A stretch of 64,000 nt of DNA, taken from Squalus acanthias (taxonomy: Eukaryota). Positions 10,910-23,025 of this stretch are shown piece after piece. Position numbers and translations under genes: made by a program. Location of the stretch: positions 53,258,001 to 53,322,000 of the forward strand of contig CM059441.1 of the NCBI GenBank assembly GCA_030390025.1. Direction: 5' to 3'. The notes beneath the pieces were generated by a model, which made no database searches, was not told where the DNA came from, and was given only the letters and a program-made list of their open reading frames with translations. Numbering within the stretch: the stretch's first letter is position 1; each line of letters opens with the position of its first letter.

Positions 10910-11040
10910 GTCAACAGGAACAGGAAAAGGCCATTCACCCCTCAAGTCTGTTTCATAGGAACAGGAGGAGGCCATTCACCCCTCGAGTCTGTTTCATAGG
11001 AACAGGAGGAGGCCATTCAGTCCCTTGAGACTGTTACTTT
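10910..11040. repeat. ~43-bp tandem repeat (CATAGGAACAGGAGGAGGCCATTCAsCCCTCGAG..) derived from a CR1 3' tail
   Basis: Three units; a related five-unit array lies at 14060-14270. Confidence 0.75.
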
Positions 11041-11605
11041 AAATCTATGCCCCCTGGTTATTGACCCTTCAGCTAAGGGAAATCGGTCCTTCCTATCCAC
11101 TCTATCTAGGCCCCTCATAATTTTATACACATCAATTAGCTCTCCCTTCACCCTCCTCTTTTCCAAAGAAAACAGCCCCAGCCTATCCAATCTTTATTTA
11201 TAGTTAAAATTCTCCAGTCTTGGCAACATCCTCATAATTCTCCTCTGTATCCCTTCTAGTGCAATCACGTCCTTCCTGTAATGTGGTGACCAGAACTGCA
11301 CGCAGTATTCTAGCCATGGCCTAACTAGTGTTTTATACAGTTCAAGCATAACATCCCTGCTCTTGTATTCTATGCCTCGGCTAATTAAGGCAAGTATCTT
11401 AACCACCTTATCTACCTGTCCTGCTACTTTCAGGGATCTGTGGACATGCACTCCAAGGTCCCCCTGATCTTTTGTACTTCTCAGTGTCCTACCATTTATA
11501 GTGCATTCCCTTGCCTTGTTAGCCTCTCCAAATGCATTACCTCACACTTCTCCAGATTGAATTCCATTTGCCACTGTTCTGCCCACCTGACCAGTCCATT
11601 GATAT
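11040..11605 (-). mobile_element. CR1 LINE fragment
   Basis: ORF 11194-11451 LYKTLVRPWLEYCVQFWSPHYRKD. Confidence 0.9.
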
Positions 11606-11846
11606 GGACCTGCGGGAAGGAGGGAGGAGAACAGTAGGAGTATGTTTGTGTGCGTGTGCAAGGCCGATGTAGCAGAGCCTGGTCTCCAATCGTCTTGGAT
11701 CCCCTTGCTATTGGACCAAGACCTTGCTCTTTAGCCGAGGCGCTAAAACATAGAAGCATAGAAGATAGGAGCAGGAATAGGCCATTCGACTGCTCGAGCC
11801 TGCTCCGCCATTTGATGAGATCATGGCTGATCATCCAAATTCAGTA

Positions 11847-12322
11847 TAACAACAGGAAACGCTGGAAAAACTCAGCAGGCCAGGCAGCTTTCTTGCTCGA
11901 GTTGTGTTGCTGTTTCCAGATCAGGAATGCCCTATGCTTGCGGCTTATTAGCTACTGGATCTCCTGGTCATTCTCGTCGAACCAGTCTTGGTGTTTCCTG
12001 TTTGAGTGACCGAGCGTCTCTTCACAGGTGCTGATTATGGAGGCCTTGAGTGCATCCTGGCGCTGTGGACCGTCTGTGTCTCTGAATCACTGGGAGTCGC
12101 CAGGTTGGTTGTGAGGTGCAGGCTGAATAGGGCTTTCGTAGCAGGGTCTTTGAGTGCTCCAGCGTTGCTTTTCCTGCGGCATTGCTTCTGTTGCCGCTGC
12201 TGTTTTGTCTTCGACCTGAAACGTTAACTCTGTTTCTCTCTCCACGGATGCTGCCTGGCCTGCTGAGTTTTCCAGCATTTTCTGTTGTTATTTCGGATTT
12301 CCAGCATCCGCAGTATTTTGCT
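11847..12322 (+). mobile_element. Chimeric insertion: inverted Penelope terminus + antisense RTE fragment + Penelope 3' terminus
   Basis: 14-bp TSD ATCCAAATTCAGTA (11833-11846 and 12323-12336); 11847-11888 is the inverted copy of 12250-12290; 11889-12208 encodes RKHQDWFDENDQEI on the minus strand. Confidence 0.75.
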
Positions 12323-12389
12323 ATCCAAATTCAGTACCCTGTCCCTGCTTTCTCCCCATGGCGGAGAAGGACTATTGGCGTGAATACAT

Positions 12390-14057
12390 GAACTTACTTC
12401 TCTTATGTGGAAGGAAGAGAGCATGCCAGGGGATCTCAGAGATGCCGTAATCGTGACCATCTTCAAGAAAGGTGACAAGTCCGATTGCCATAATTACAGA
12501 GGAGTCTCCCTGCTTTCTGCCACAGGGAAAGTCATCGCAAGAATCCTCCTCAATCGCCTTCCCCCAGTGGCTGAAGAGTTCCTCCCAGAGTCGCAATGCG
12601 GATTCCGCCCACAAAGGGACACAATGGACATGATCTTCACTGCGCGTCAACTACAAGAGAGATGCAGGGAATAGCACCAACCACTGTACGTGGCCTTCTT
12701 TGACCTCACAAAGGCCTTCGACACTGTCAACTGTGAGAGATTATCGGGTGTCCTCCTCAAATTCGGCTGCCCTCAAAAATGTGTCACCATCCTCCGCCTG
12801 CTTCACGATGACACGCGAGCTGTGATCCTGACCAACGGATTCACCACAGACCCAATTCCCATACGGACCGGGGTCAAGCAAGGCTGTGTCATCGCACCAA
12901 CGCTCTTCTTGATCTTCCTGGCTGCAATGCTCCATCTCACCCTCAGTAAGCTCCCCGCTGGAGTGGAGCTAATCTACAGAACAAACGGGAAACTGTTCAA
13001 CCTCCGTCGCCTCCAGTCCAGGTCCAAGGTCGTCCCATCCTCTGTTATCGAATTACAGTATGCAGATGATGCTTGCGTCTGCGCACACTCTGAGGTCGAA
13101 CTCCAAACCATCGTCAACACCTTCACTGAAGCGTATGAGAGCATGGGACTTACACTAAATATCCGTAAGACAAAGGTCCTCTACCAATCTGCCGCCGCCA
13201 CACAGCACTGCTCCCCGAACATCAAAATCCATGACGAGGTCTTGGACAACGTGGACCACTTTCCATACCTCGGGAGCCTACTGTCAACAAGGGCAGACAT
13301 CGATGACGAAGTCCAACACCGCCAGTGTGCCAGTGCAGCCTTCGGGTGCCTGAGGAAGAGAGTGTTTGAAGCCCAGGACCTCAAACCCAGCATCAAGCTC
13401 ATGGTCTGCAGAACAGTAGTGATACAAGTCCTCCTGTATGCTTCAGATACATGGGCAATGTACAACAGGCAACTCAAAGCGCTGGAGAGGTACCACCAAC
13501 GCTGTCTCCGCAAGATCCTGCAAATCCATTGGCAGGATAGGCGCACCAGCGTCAGTGTTCTCGCTCAGGCCAACATCCCCAGCATCGAAGCTTTGACCAC
13601 GCTCGATCAGCTCTGATGGACGGACCACACCGTCCGCATGCCCGATATGAGAATCCCAAAACAAGGGCTCTACACGGAGCTCCGACACGGCAAGAGAGCC
13701 CCAGGTGGGCAGAGGAAACGCTTCAAGGGCAGCCTCAAAGCTTCCTTGAAAATGTGCAACATCCGCATCGACACCTGGGAATCCCTGGCCCAAGACCGCA
13801 TAAAGAGGAGGAGAAGCATTCGAGAAGGCGCCGAACACCTCGAGTCTCTTCGGCGGGAGCAAACGGAAGCCAAGCACAAACAGTGGAAGGTGCTCACGTC
13901 AACCCAAGAACCCCACCCACTCGCCCCTTTAACCACCGTCTGCCCCACCTGTGACAGAGACTGTAGGTCCCGCATTGGACTTTTCAGTCACCTGAGAACT
14001 CATTTCTAGTGTGGAAGCAAGTCATCCTCGGTTCCAAGGGACTGCCAAAGAAGAAGA
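12390..14057 (+). mobile_element. RTE-clade LINE, 5'-truncated, RT to C-terminal zinc finger
   Basis: NYRGVSLL, PESQCGFRP, FFDLTKAFD, GVKQGCVIAP, YADD and CPTCDRDC..IGLFSHLRTH; in-frame stops; (AAG)n tail. Confidence 0.93.
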
Positions 14058-14059
14058 CT

Positions 14060-14270
14060 GTTGCACAGGAAAAGGAGGAGGCCCATTTTGATCCTCGAGC
14101 CTGTTACATAGGAACAGGAGGAGGCTCATTCTAACCTTCTAGGCTGCTGCATAGGAATAGGAGGCGGCCCATTCAGCCCCTCAAGGCTGTTACATAGAAC
14201 AGGAGAAGGCTAATCAGACCCTCGAGACTTTTAAAAGTGACGAGGACGATCATTCAGCCCCTCGAGCCTA
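14060..14270. repeat. ~43-bp tandem repeat from a CR1 tail, about 5 degenerate units
   Basis: Recurring CATAGGAACAGGAGGAGGCC..TTCAGCCCCTC. Confidence 0.75.
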
Positions 14271-14271
14271 T

Positions 14272-16345
14272 TTTTTATTCGTTCAGGGGATGTGGGAATC
14301 GCTGGGAAGGCCAGCATTTATTGCCAATCCCGAGTTGCCCTTGAGAAGGCGGTGCTGAGCAGCCTTCTTGAACCACTGCAGTCCATGTGGTGAAGGTACG
14401 CCCATTGTGCTGTTAGGGAGGGAGTTCCAGGATTTTGAACCAGCGAAAATGAAGAAACGGAAATATATTTCCAGTCATGATGGTGTATGATTGGATGGGA
14501 GCTTGTTGTTGGTGGTGTTCCCAAGCGCCTGCTGCTCTTATCCTTCTAGGTGATAGAGGTCGCGGGTTTGGGAGGTGCTGCCGAAGAAGCCTTGGCGAGT
14601 TGCTGCAATGCATCTTGTACATGGTAAACACTGCAGCCGCGGAACGCCGGTGGTGGAGGAGTGTATGTTTAAGGTGGGGGATGGGGTGCCAATCAAGCGG
14701 GCTGCTTTGTCTTGGATGGTGTCGAGCTTCTTGAAAGTTGTTGGAGCTGCACATATCCAGGCAAGTGGAGAGCATTCCATCACACTCCTGACTTGTGTCT
14801 TGTAGATGGTGGAAAGGCTTTGGGGAGTCAGGAGGTGGACACTCGCCGCAGAATACCCAGCGTCTGAACTGCTCTTGTTACCACAGTATTTATGTGGCTG
14901 GTCCAGTTAAGTTTCTGGTCAATGTTGCCCCCCCCCACCCCCACGAAATTGATGGTGGGGGATTCGGCGATGGTAATGCCGTTGAATGACAAGGGGCGGT
15001 GGTTAGACGCTCGCTTGTTGGAGATGGTCAGTTCCTGGCACTTGTGTGGCACGACTGTTACCTGCCACTTATCAGCCCAAGCCTGCATGTCGTCCAGGTC
15101 TTGCTGCATGCGGGCATGGACTGCTTCATTATCTGAGGAGTTGCGAATGGCACTGAACACTGTGCAGTCATCAGCGAGCATCCCCACTTCTGACCTTATG
15201 TTGGAGGGAAGCTCATTGATGAAGCAGCTGAAAATGGTTCGGGCTAGGACACTGCCCTGAGGAACTCCTGCAGCGATTTCCTGGGGCTGTGATGATTGAC
15301 GTCGAACCACCACAACCATCTTCCTTTGTGCTCGGTATGACTCCACCCAGTGGAGTTTTCCCCATGATTCCCATTGGCTTCAGTTTTACTAGGGCTCTTG
15401 ATGTCACACTCGGTCAAATGCTGCCTTGATGTCAAGGGCAGTCACTCTCACCTCACCTCTGGAATTAAGCTCTTTTCTCCATGTTTGGACCAAGGCTGTA
15501 ATGAGGTCTGGAGCCGAGTGGCCCTGGCGGAACCCAAACTGGGCATCAGTGAGCAGGTTATTGGTGAGTAAGTGCTGCTTGATAGCACTGTCAACGACAC
15601 CTTCCATCACTTTGCTGATGATTGAGACTGATGGGGCATTGGCTGGATTGGATTTGTCCTGTTTTTTGTTGACAGGACATACCTGGGCAGTTTTTCACAT
15701 TGTTCGGGTAGATGCCAGTGTTATATCTGTACTGGAACAGCTTGGCTAGAGGCACGGCTTATTCTGGAGCACAAGCCTTTAGCACGACAGCTGGGATGTT
15801 GTCGGTTCCAACATCCTTTGCTGTATCCATTGCGCTTGGGCGCTTCTTGACATCACATGGAGTGATCGAATTGTCAGAAGACTCGCTTCTGTGGTGGAGA
15901 CATCAGGAGGAGGCCGATATGAATCATCCACTCGGCACTTCTGGCTGAAGGTAGTTGCAAATGTTTCAGCTTTGTCTTTTGCACTCACGTGCTTGGCTCC
16001 ACCATCATTGAGTATGAGGATATTAATGGAGCCTCCCCCTCCCGTTAGTTGTTTAATGATCCACCGCCATTCATGACTGGATGTGGCAGAGCTTTCATCT
16101 GATCCGTTGATTGTGGGATCGCTTAGCCCTGTCTGTAGCATGCTGCTTCTGCTTTTTAGCATGCATGTAATCCTGTGTTGTAGCTTCCCCAAATTGACAT
16201 CGCATTTTAAGGTATGCCTGGTGCGACTCCTCGCATTTTCTTCAGCCCTCCTTATGGAACCAGGTATGGCCCCCTCGCTTGATGGTAATGAGGGATATGC
16301 CGGACCATGAGGTTACAAATTGTGGTGGAATTCAAATCTGCTGCT
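14272..16345 (-). mobile_element. CR1/Jockey-group LINE (second lineage), decayed ORF2 RT
   Basis: QFGFRQGHSA, ALDIKAAFDRV, AGVPQGSVL, ADD and SWNSLP; 3' end AATAAATGCTGGCC...GAATAAAAAA. Confidence 0.85.
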
Positions 16346-17814
16346 TATAAATACTTTTTGAGACACAGTATATGGAACAAGATTAATACAAAAGAAAAAT
16401 AAGATACATCAACTGCCCTTATGGTAATGCTGTTCCCATGATGCTATTAGGTGGAGAATTCACGTGTTTTGTCCAAGTGACGATAAATGAACGGTGATAT
16501 ATGTGCACGCTAGAAAGCTTTGCCTATTTTTGTAGTTTCCATCTTCACTTAAAGTGGCGCATTTCCCTCCCACCAGAGCAGGAAGGTGATTGGCTCCTCC
16601 AAGATACACGAGAGCGACCCCAAATATTTTCCACCTCCATCTTTCTGCGCGAGTGCTTCAAGTTGCTGTGACGACCGGTTGCTGCCATCACCCAGAGCTC
16701 ACACTCACAGTATTGTAAGTCTGTTTGATATCTACAAAACTCACCTCAGGGGGCCCAGTCTATCAGATCGGGGCAGGACCGGATACACCTGCAGAAACCA
16801 GTGAGTGGGGGCAGAGTTATGAGGGCCTTTCCCCTGTTTTAACTGATTTTCATCTTGTTGACAATGCGGGTTGGGGAATTCTTCAGTTAAATGTACATTT
16901 GTGGTGAGTTGTTTCATTCCACGTGACATCCGGGGAATGAATTATTTGCCTGTTTTAGACTCGTGGTAACTTTCTAGTAACACCTCAGCTGTGTCCATTA
17001 ATTGATCTGTATTAAATATTCAAGCTCTTTTCATTCTCCAGATCTACATTCACTCTTGGAGAAATCAGACCCACATTTAAATTGATTTATTGAGATACAA
17101 TGGACAGTTTCTGTAAGCAACTGTCTACCTTTGGATCCCCTCTTTGGATTGGATCATAACGAGTTACCCATTTACAGTGATACAGGCCGCACTCCCCCTG
17201 ATTGTGTTAGATTCTTTAGAGCTTTAATGTTTCATTGACCTTTATACACAGGTAAAAAATCAACCGAACAGCTCCTGGATTCTACTATTTCACTTCAAAA
17301 CTACAGGGAGAATTGCTGCTCCTGTTGTACCTGAATTTACTGATAGACTTGGACACAGTAAGAATCTATTTATCCTGACCTGTTGAATTTTTTGTTATAG
17401 ATTTAGGAAAGTTTACACAGATTCCGGCCATCTTGTACTCTGATTCAGACTTTGCGATAAGGGATAAGTTTATTTGCAGACACTAAGCTGTCATGTGTTT
17501 CCAGTGAATTAATGGCATTACCCAGATATGCATCCACCTGATACATTGGCCCGCTGGATAATATGCAACCTATGTTCAAATCCCCAGATGAAATGTCCAG
17601 CAGCAGTATGTCTATATTTCACGGGAGCAGCCAACAAAACGCGAGCACAGAAATCACCACAAAGCCAGGTGCTTCCTGTCAGTGAAACAGAACAACAATA
17701 CACACAGCGACTGCTCTGAGGCTCTGCAGACTGCGAGCGGCTTTTCACACACTGGCGTTATGGAAGGTCATCCCAGATTCCAAGTGATCACCGTCTATGA
17801 AACACTTGCCTTTT

Positions 17815-19010
17815 TGTTTCTTAGGCAGTCCCTCGGAACCGAGGATGACTTGCTTCCACATTAAAAATGAGTTCGCAGGTGACTGATGAGTCCAATGTGG
17901 GACCTACAGTCTCTGTCACAGGTGGGGCAGACGGTGGTTGATGGGGCAGGTGGGTGGGTTGCTTGGGATGACATGCGCTCTTTGCGCTGCCTGCGCTTGG
18001 CTTCCGCTTGCTCCCGGCGAAGAGACTCGAGGTGTTCGGCGCCTTCCCGGATGTTTCTCCTCCACTTTGTGCGGTCTTGGGCCAGGGATTCCCAGGTGTC
18101 GGTGGGGTTGTTACACTTTTTCAAGGAGGCTTTGAGGGTGTCCTTGAAGCGTTTCCTCTGCCCATCTGGGGCTCTCTTGCTGTGCCGGAGCTCCTAGTAG
18201 AGCGTTTGTTTCGGGAGTCTCGTATCGGGCATGCGGACGATGTGACCCATCCATCGGAGCTGATCGAGCGTGGTCAAAGCTTCAATGCTGGGGATGTTGG
18301 CCTGAGCAAGAACACTGACGTTGGTGCGCCTATCCTGCCAATGGATTTGCAGGATCTTGCGGAGGCAGCATTGGTGGTACCTCTCCAGTGCTTTGAGGTG
18401 CCTGCTGTACATGGTCCATGTCTCTGAGGCATACAGCAGGGCGGGTATCACTGCTGCTCTGTAGACCATGAGCTTTGTGCCGGGTTTGAGGTCCTGGTCT
18501 TCAAACACTCTCTTCCTCAGGCGACCGAAGGCTGCACTGGCACACTGAAGGCGGTGTTGGACTTCGTCATCGACGTCTGCCCTTGTTGACAGTAGGCTCC
18601 CGAGGCATGGAAAGTGGTCCACGTTGTCCAAGGCCTTGTCGTGGATTTTGATAATCGGGGGTCAGTACTGTGTGGCGGGGGCAGGTTGGTAGAGGACCTT
18701 TGTCTTACAGATGTTTAGTGTAAGTCCCATGCTCTCGTACGCTTCGGTGAAGGTGTTGATGATGGTTTAGGAGTTCGACCTCCGAGTGAGCGCACACGCA
18801 AGCGTCGTCTGCATACTGTAATTTGACGACAGAGGATGGGACGACCTTGGATCTGGACTGGAGGCGATGGAGGTTGAACAGTTTCCCGTTTGTTCTGTAA
18901 ATTAGCTCCACTCCAGCGGGGAGCTTATTGAGGGAGAGATGGAGCATTGCAGCAAGGAAGATCGAGAAGAGTGTTGGTGCGATGACACAGCCTTGCTTGA
19001 CCCCGGTTCG
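17815..19010 (-). mobile_element. RTE-clade LINE 3' fragment, same family as 12390-14057
   Basis: YADD, VDHFPCLGS and CPTCDRDCRSHIGLISHLRTHF. Confidence 0.92.
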
Positions 19011-19249
19011 TACGGTTTGTTTACAGGGAACACATCACGTCTCTCCCTGGTACAGTACATCGATGGTGAAAATTTACAACTTCTGATTACCAGTAAATAT
19101 GTCTGTGGGCTCTGCTTCTCTCTGAGAGTCTCACTGAGTGATTGAAACACATTTCCTCAAATATCTGGCAACTTGTCCCAAAAAGTTGCAAAGCCCATTC
19201 ATGGACTGTGACTGTGAAGCATATCTGAGCGGCACGGCTCAGACACACT

Positions 19250-19525
19250 GTCGCTTTACAGTGGATCAATGCAGCAAAACTGCGAAAGAATCAATGGTGG
19301 TCCCTGGACAGTGGGTGACTGGAATCGCAACAGTCAGTGATACTAGTCAGAGCAGGGTCAGCTCCAGTACAAAACTGGGCCATAAACAAAGGGGTCGCTG
19401 TACAGTGGGTAAATGCAGCAAAACTGGGCAATAAACAAAGGAGGTCGCTGGACAGTGGGTGAATGTAGAATCACTATAGTCAGTGATAATAGTCAGAGCA
19501 GGGTGGGCTCCAATACAAAACTGTT
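19250..19525. repeat. Local imperfect direct duplication
   Basis: GGACAGTGGGTGA...AGTCAGTGATA.TAGTCAGAGCAGGGT..GCTCCA.TACAAAACTG occurs twice (about 19305 and 19450). Confidence 0.7.
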
Positions 19526-19794
19526 TTTAAAAAAAAAAACACAAAAATTTCATGAAATGAAGTATATATTAGCAGGCAATGATAAGTAACCACATAAACA
19601 AATGATGTGGAACATAATGTACCAAGATGAAATCATCAGTGAAGATAAATGAACAATCATTCAGAACCGTGATCCTTGTGACGGGGGCCGTGTTGCATAG
19701 AAACACTTTTTGGGCAGTATTTCTTCAGAGTGCACTGATTCAAAGACTAGCTTTAAACCACTTGAACATACAATGATAACAATTACAAAGAACT

Positions 19795-20560
19795 TCATAG
19801 AATCTGCAGGACAGCAAAAAGGCAGCTTGGCACAACTGGACTATGCCGGTGTGGAAATTCCACACAAGCCTCCTCCCACTCTAATGACCTCATCCCACCA
19901 TGCCCCGTATCCGTCTATTACCTTCCCTATCATTTAAGTATCAAGCCTCCCATTGAATGTATCAATGTTATCTACATCAAACACCCCATGTGGCAGCGAG
20001 TTCTACATCCTCACCATCGTCTGTGTGAAAAGAAATCCACCTTACTGCTTCATCTGATTTGTTAGAGGCTATTTTATATTAATGCCTCCTTGTTATGGAC
20101 TCGCCCACAAGCGGCAACAGTTTCTCCACATTCACCCAATCGGACTCCTTCATAATTTTGAAGATCCCTAAACTGCCTCCTCTTAGTCTTCTCTTTTCCA
20201 GAGAGCAGAGCCCTAGCCTGCCCAATCTTTCTGAAAGTCGCATCCTCTCAATTCGCGTAAAATTCTTGAAAACATTATCTGCATTTTCTCTACTCTTTCA
20301 TTATCATTTTTATAGTATGGAGACCAGAACTGCACACATTGCTCCAAGTGGTCTAACCAAGGTTCTATCTTAATTTAAAATGCCCTCCCTGCTTTTGTAT
20401 TCTCTCCCTGTAGAAATGAACCCAGCACATTGGACACTTTACGACCTTTATGTGTTGATAGATTTAGTGATTTATGTATCTATATTCTCAGATGTCTTTA
20501 GTCCTCTACCCCATTTAGTTTCTTACCATCCAAGGAATAAGTGGCCTCCTCATTCCCCCA
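19795..20560 (-). mobile_element. Old, diverged CR1 fragment
   Basis: Degenerate CR1 3' region and CATAGAATC tail. Confidence 0.65.
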
Positions 20561-20584
20561 AACAATATAAACCACCTCAAGGCA

Positions 20585-21225
20585 AGGAAAGTTGGCGGGG
20601 AAATAACAACAGAGAAGCTGTGTGTTAGGGTGGAAGGCAGGAATGTTTAAATGGACAAAAGATTAAATGGACCCGCATCCAAAAAAATAGGAGCAGTGGT
20701 TATGATCTGAAACTGTTGAACTCGATGTTGAGTCTGGAAGGTTGTCAATTACCTCATCGAAAGATCAGGCGCTGTTCCTCGAGCTTCCGTTGAGCTTCAT
20801 TAGAACAGTGCAGTAGGTTACTGTCAGAGAGGTCAGAGAGGGAGTGAGACGGAGAATTAAAATGGCATGTGACCAGAAGCTCAGGGTCATGATTGCAGAC
20901 TGAATGGAAATGTTCAGCAAAGCGATCACCCAATCTGCGTTTGGTCACCCAAATGTAGAGGAGACTGCATCGTGAGCAGTGAATGCAGTAGACTAAATTG
21001 AAAGAAGTAAATCGCTGTTTCTCATGGAAGGAGAATTTCGGGCCCTGGACGGTAGGAAGGGTTGAGGTGAAAGGATAGGTGTTGCATCTAATGCGCTTGC
21101 TTGGGATGGTGCCATGGGAAGTGCAGCCGATGTTGTGGGTGATGGAAGAGTGGACCAGGGTGTCATGGAGGGAACAGTCCTTTCGAATGCTTAAATGGGA
21201 GTGGAGAGGAAGATGAGTTTGGTGG
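20585..21225 (-). mobile_element. Penelope-like element fragment (GIY-YIG endonuclease end)
   Basis: LYIxxTKRRLGDRFAEH...HFNSPSHS...RKLEEQRLIFR. Confidence 0.85.
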
Positions 21226-21494
21226 TTCGATGAAATATTTAACTACTTGTCGAAATTCAGCATCATTCCACCACAATGAAATATCAGAGCAGGTGTTCAA
21301 TAGCAGACAAATGAGATAAGCCTCGAGAAACAACTACAGAGATCGCTCATTGGAAACCCGCTCTCTAAAAGGTGACCCGATTTGTTGATCGAACTTCTAT
21401 TGGCAATCACTTTATAAACAATGGAAATTTATCCAAGTATTGAGTGAACCGATGTGTTTAAAATTGTCTTTTGGAACATAATGGAACCGATGCA

Positions 21495-21640
21495 GAAAGA
21501 ACTAAAGAAAGCAAGGGACAGGAGCTGTATCACTGTACTGAACCCTCACTCACAATCTAACAAGAACTAAACAAAGTAAAGGACATGAGCCAAATCACTG
21601 CACTTAACTGTCCCTCACAATTTAACAATAAGAACTAAAT
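21495..21640. repeat. ~65-bp imperfect tandem duplication
   Basis: AAGAACTAAA.AAAG.AA.GGACA.GAGC...ATCACTG.ACT.AAC...CTCACAAT.TAAC occurs twice. Confidence 0.7.
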
Positions 21641-21679
21641 ACCCATAGAACAGGCACCCGCTGTTCTAAGCACCAAAAT

Positions 21680-23025
21680 AACATAAGAACATAAGAAATA
21701 GGAGCTGGAGTCGGCGATTTGTCCCTTCGAGCCTGCTCCGCCATTCAACAAGATCATGGATGATCTTCTTCCTCAACTCCACCTTCCCGCACTATCCCTA
21801 TATCCCTTAATTTGCTTAGTTCCCCCAAAAATATTGACCTCTGTCTTGAATATACTCAACGTCTGAGCAGCCACAGCGCTCTGGGGTCGAGAATTCCAAA
21901 GATTCACAATCCTTTGAGTGAAGAAATTTCTCCTCATCTCAGTCGTAAATGGCCGACCACTTATTTTGAGACTGTGACCCCGTGTACTAAATTCCCCAGC
22001 CAGGGGAATCATTTTCTCAGATTTATACCTGTCAAGCCCCTGAAGAATTTTATATGTTTCAATTAGATCACCTCTTATTCTGCTAAACTCTTGGGAATAT
22101 AGGCCTAGTCTACTCAATCTCTCCTCATAGGACTATCCCATCATCCAAGGAACCAGTTTAGTGAACCTTAGTCGCACTCCCTCAAAGGCAAGTATGTCTT
22201 TCCTTCGGTAAGGAGACCAGAACTGTACACAGAACTGTACACAGTACTCCAGGTGTGGCCACACTAATGCCCTGTATAATTGTAGTAAGACTTCTTTACT
22301 GTTGTACACTAAGCTCTTTGTAACAAAAGCTAACATACTATTTGCTTTCCTAATTGTTTGCAGTACCTGCATGTTAACTTTCTGTGATTCATGTACAAGG
22401 ACACACAGGTCTCTCTGAATGCAAAGATTTCCCAGTATCTCACCATTCAAAAAATATTCAGCTTTTTTGTTTTTCCTACCAAAGTGGATAACTTCACACT
22501 TCCCCACATTGTATTCCATTTGCAATGTTCTTACCCACTCAGTCAACCTGTCTATATCTCTCTGCAGCCTCTTCGCGTCCTCCTCACAGCTAACTTTCCC
22601 ACTGACATTGTATCATCAGTAAACTTGTATATGTTAAGCTCAGTCCCTTCATTTAAGTCTTTAATATAGATCCTGGTGGGACCCTGCTAGTTACAGCCTG
22701 CGAAACCGAAAAAGTCCCGTTTATTCCTACTCTCAGTTTTCTGTCCATTAACCAATCCTCAATCCATGCTAATATATTACACCCTATCCCGTGAGTCCTA
22801 ATTTTGTGTAATAACCTCTTGGGTGGCACCTTATCGATGGCTTTTTAAAAATCCAATTGCACTACATCCACTGGTTCCCCCTTATCCATCCGACTAGTTA
22901 CATCTTCAAGAACCTGTAACAGATTGGTCAAGCACGATTTTCCTTTCATAAAACAATGTTGACTCAGCCTAATCATATTGCGATGTTCTACGTGCCTTGT
23001 TACCACGTTCCTAATAATCGATACT
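21680..23025 (-). mobile_element. CR1 LINE fragment (RT to 3' end)
   Basis: FMKGKSCLTNLL, DVVQLDF, KCEVIHFG and PHLEYCVQF; (CATAAGAA)n tail. Confidence 0.92.
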
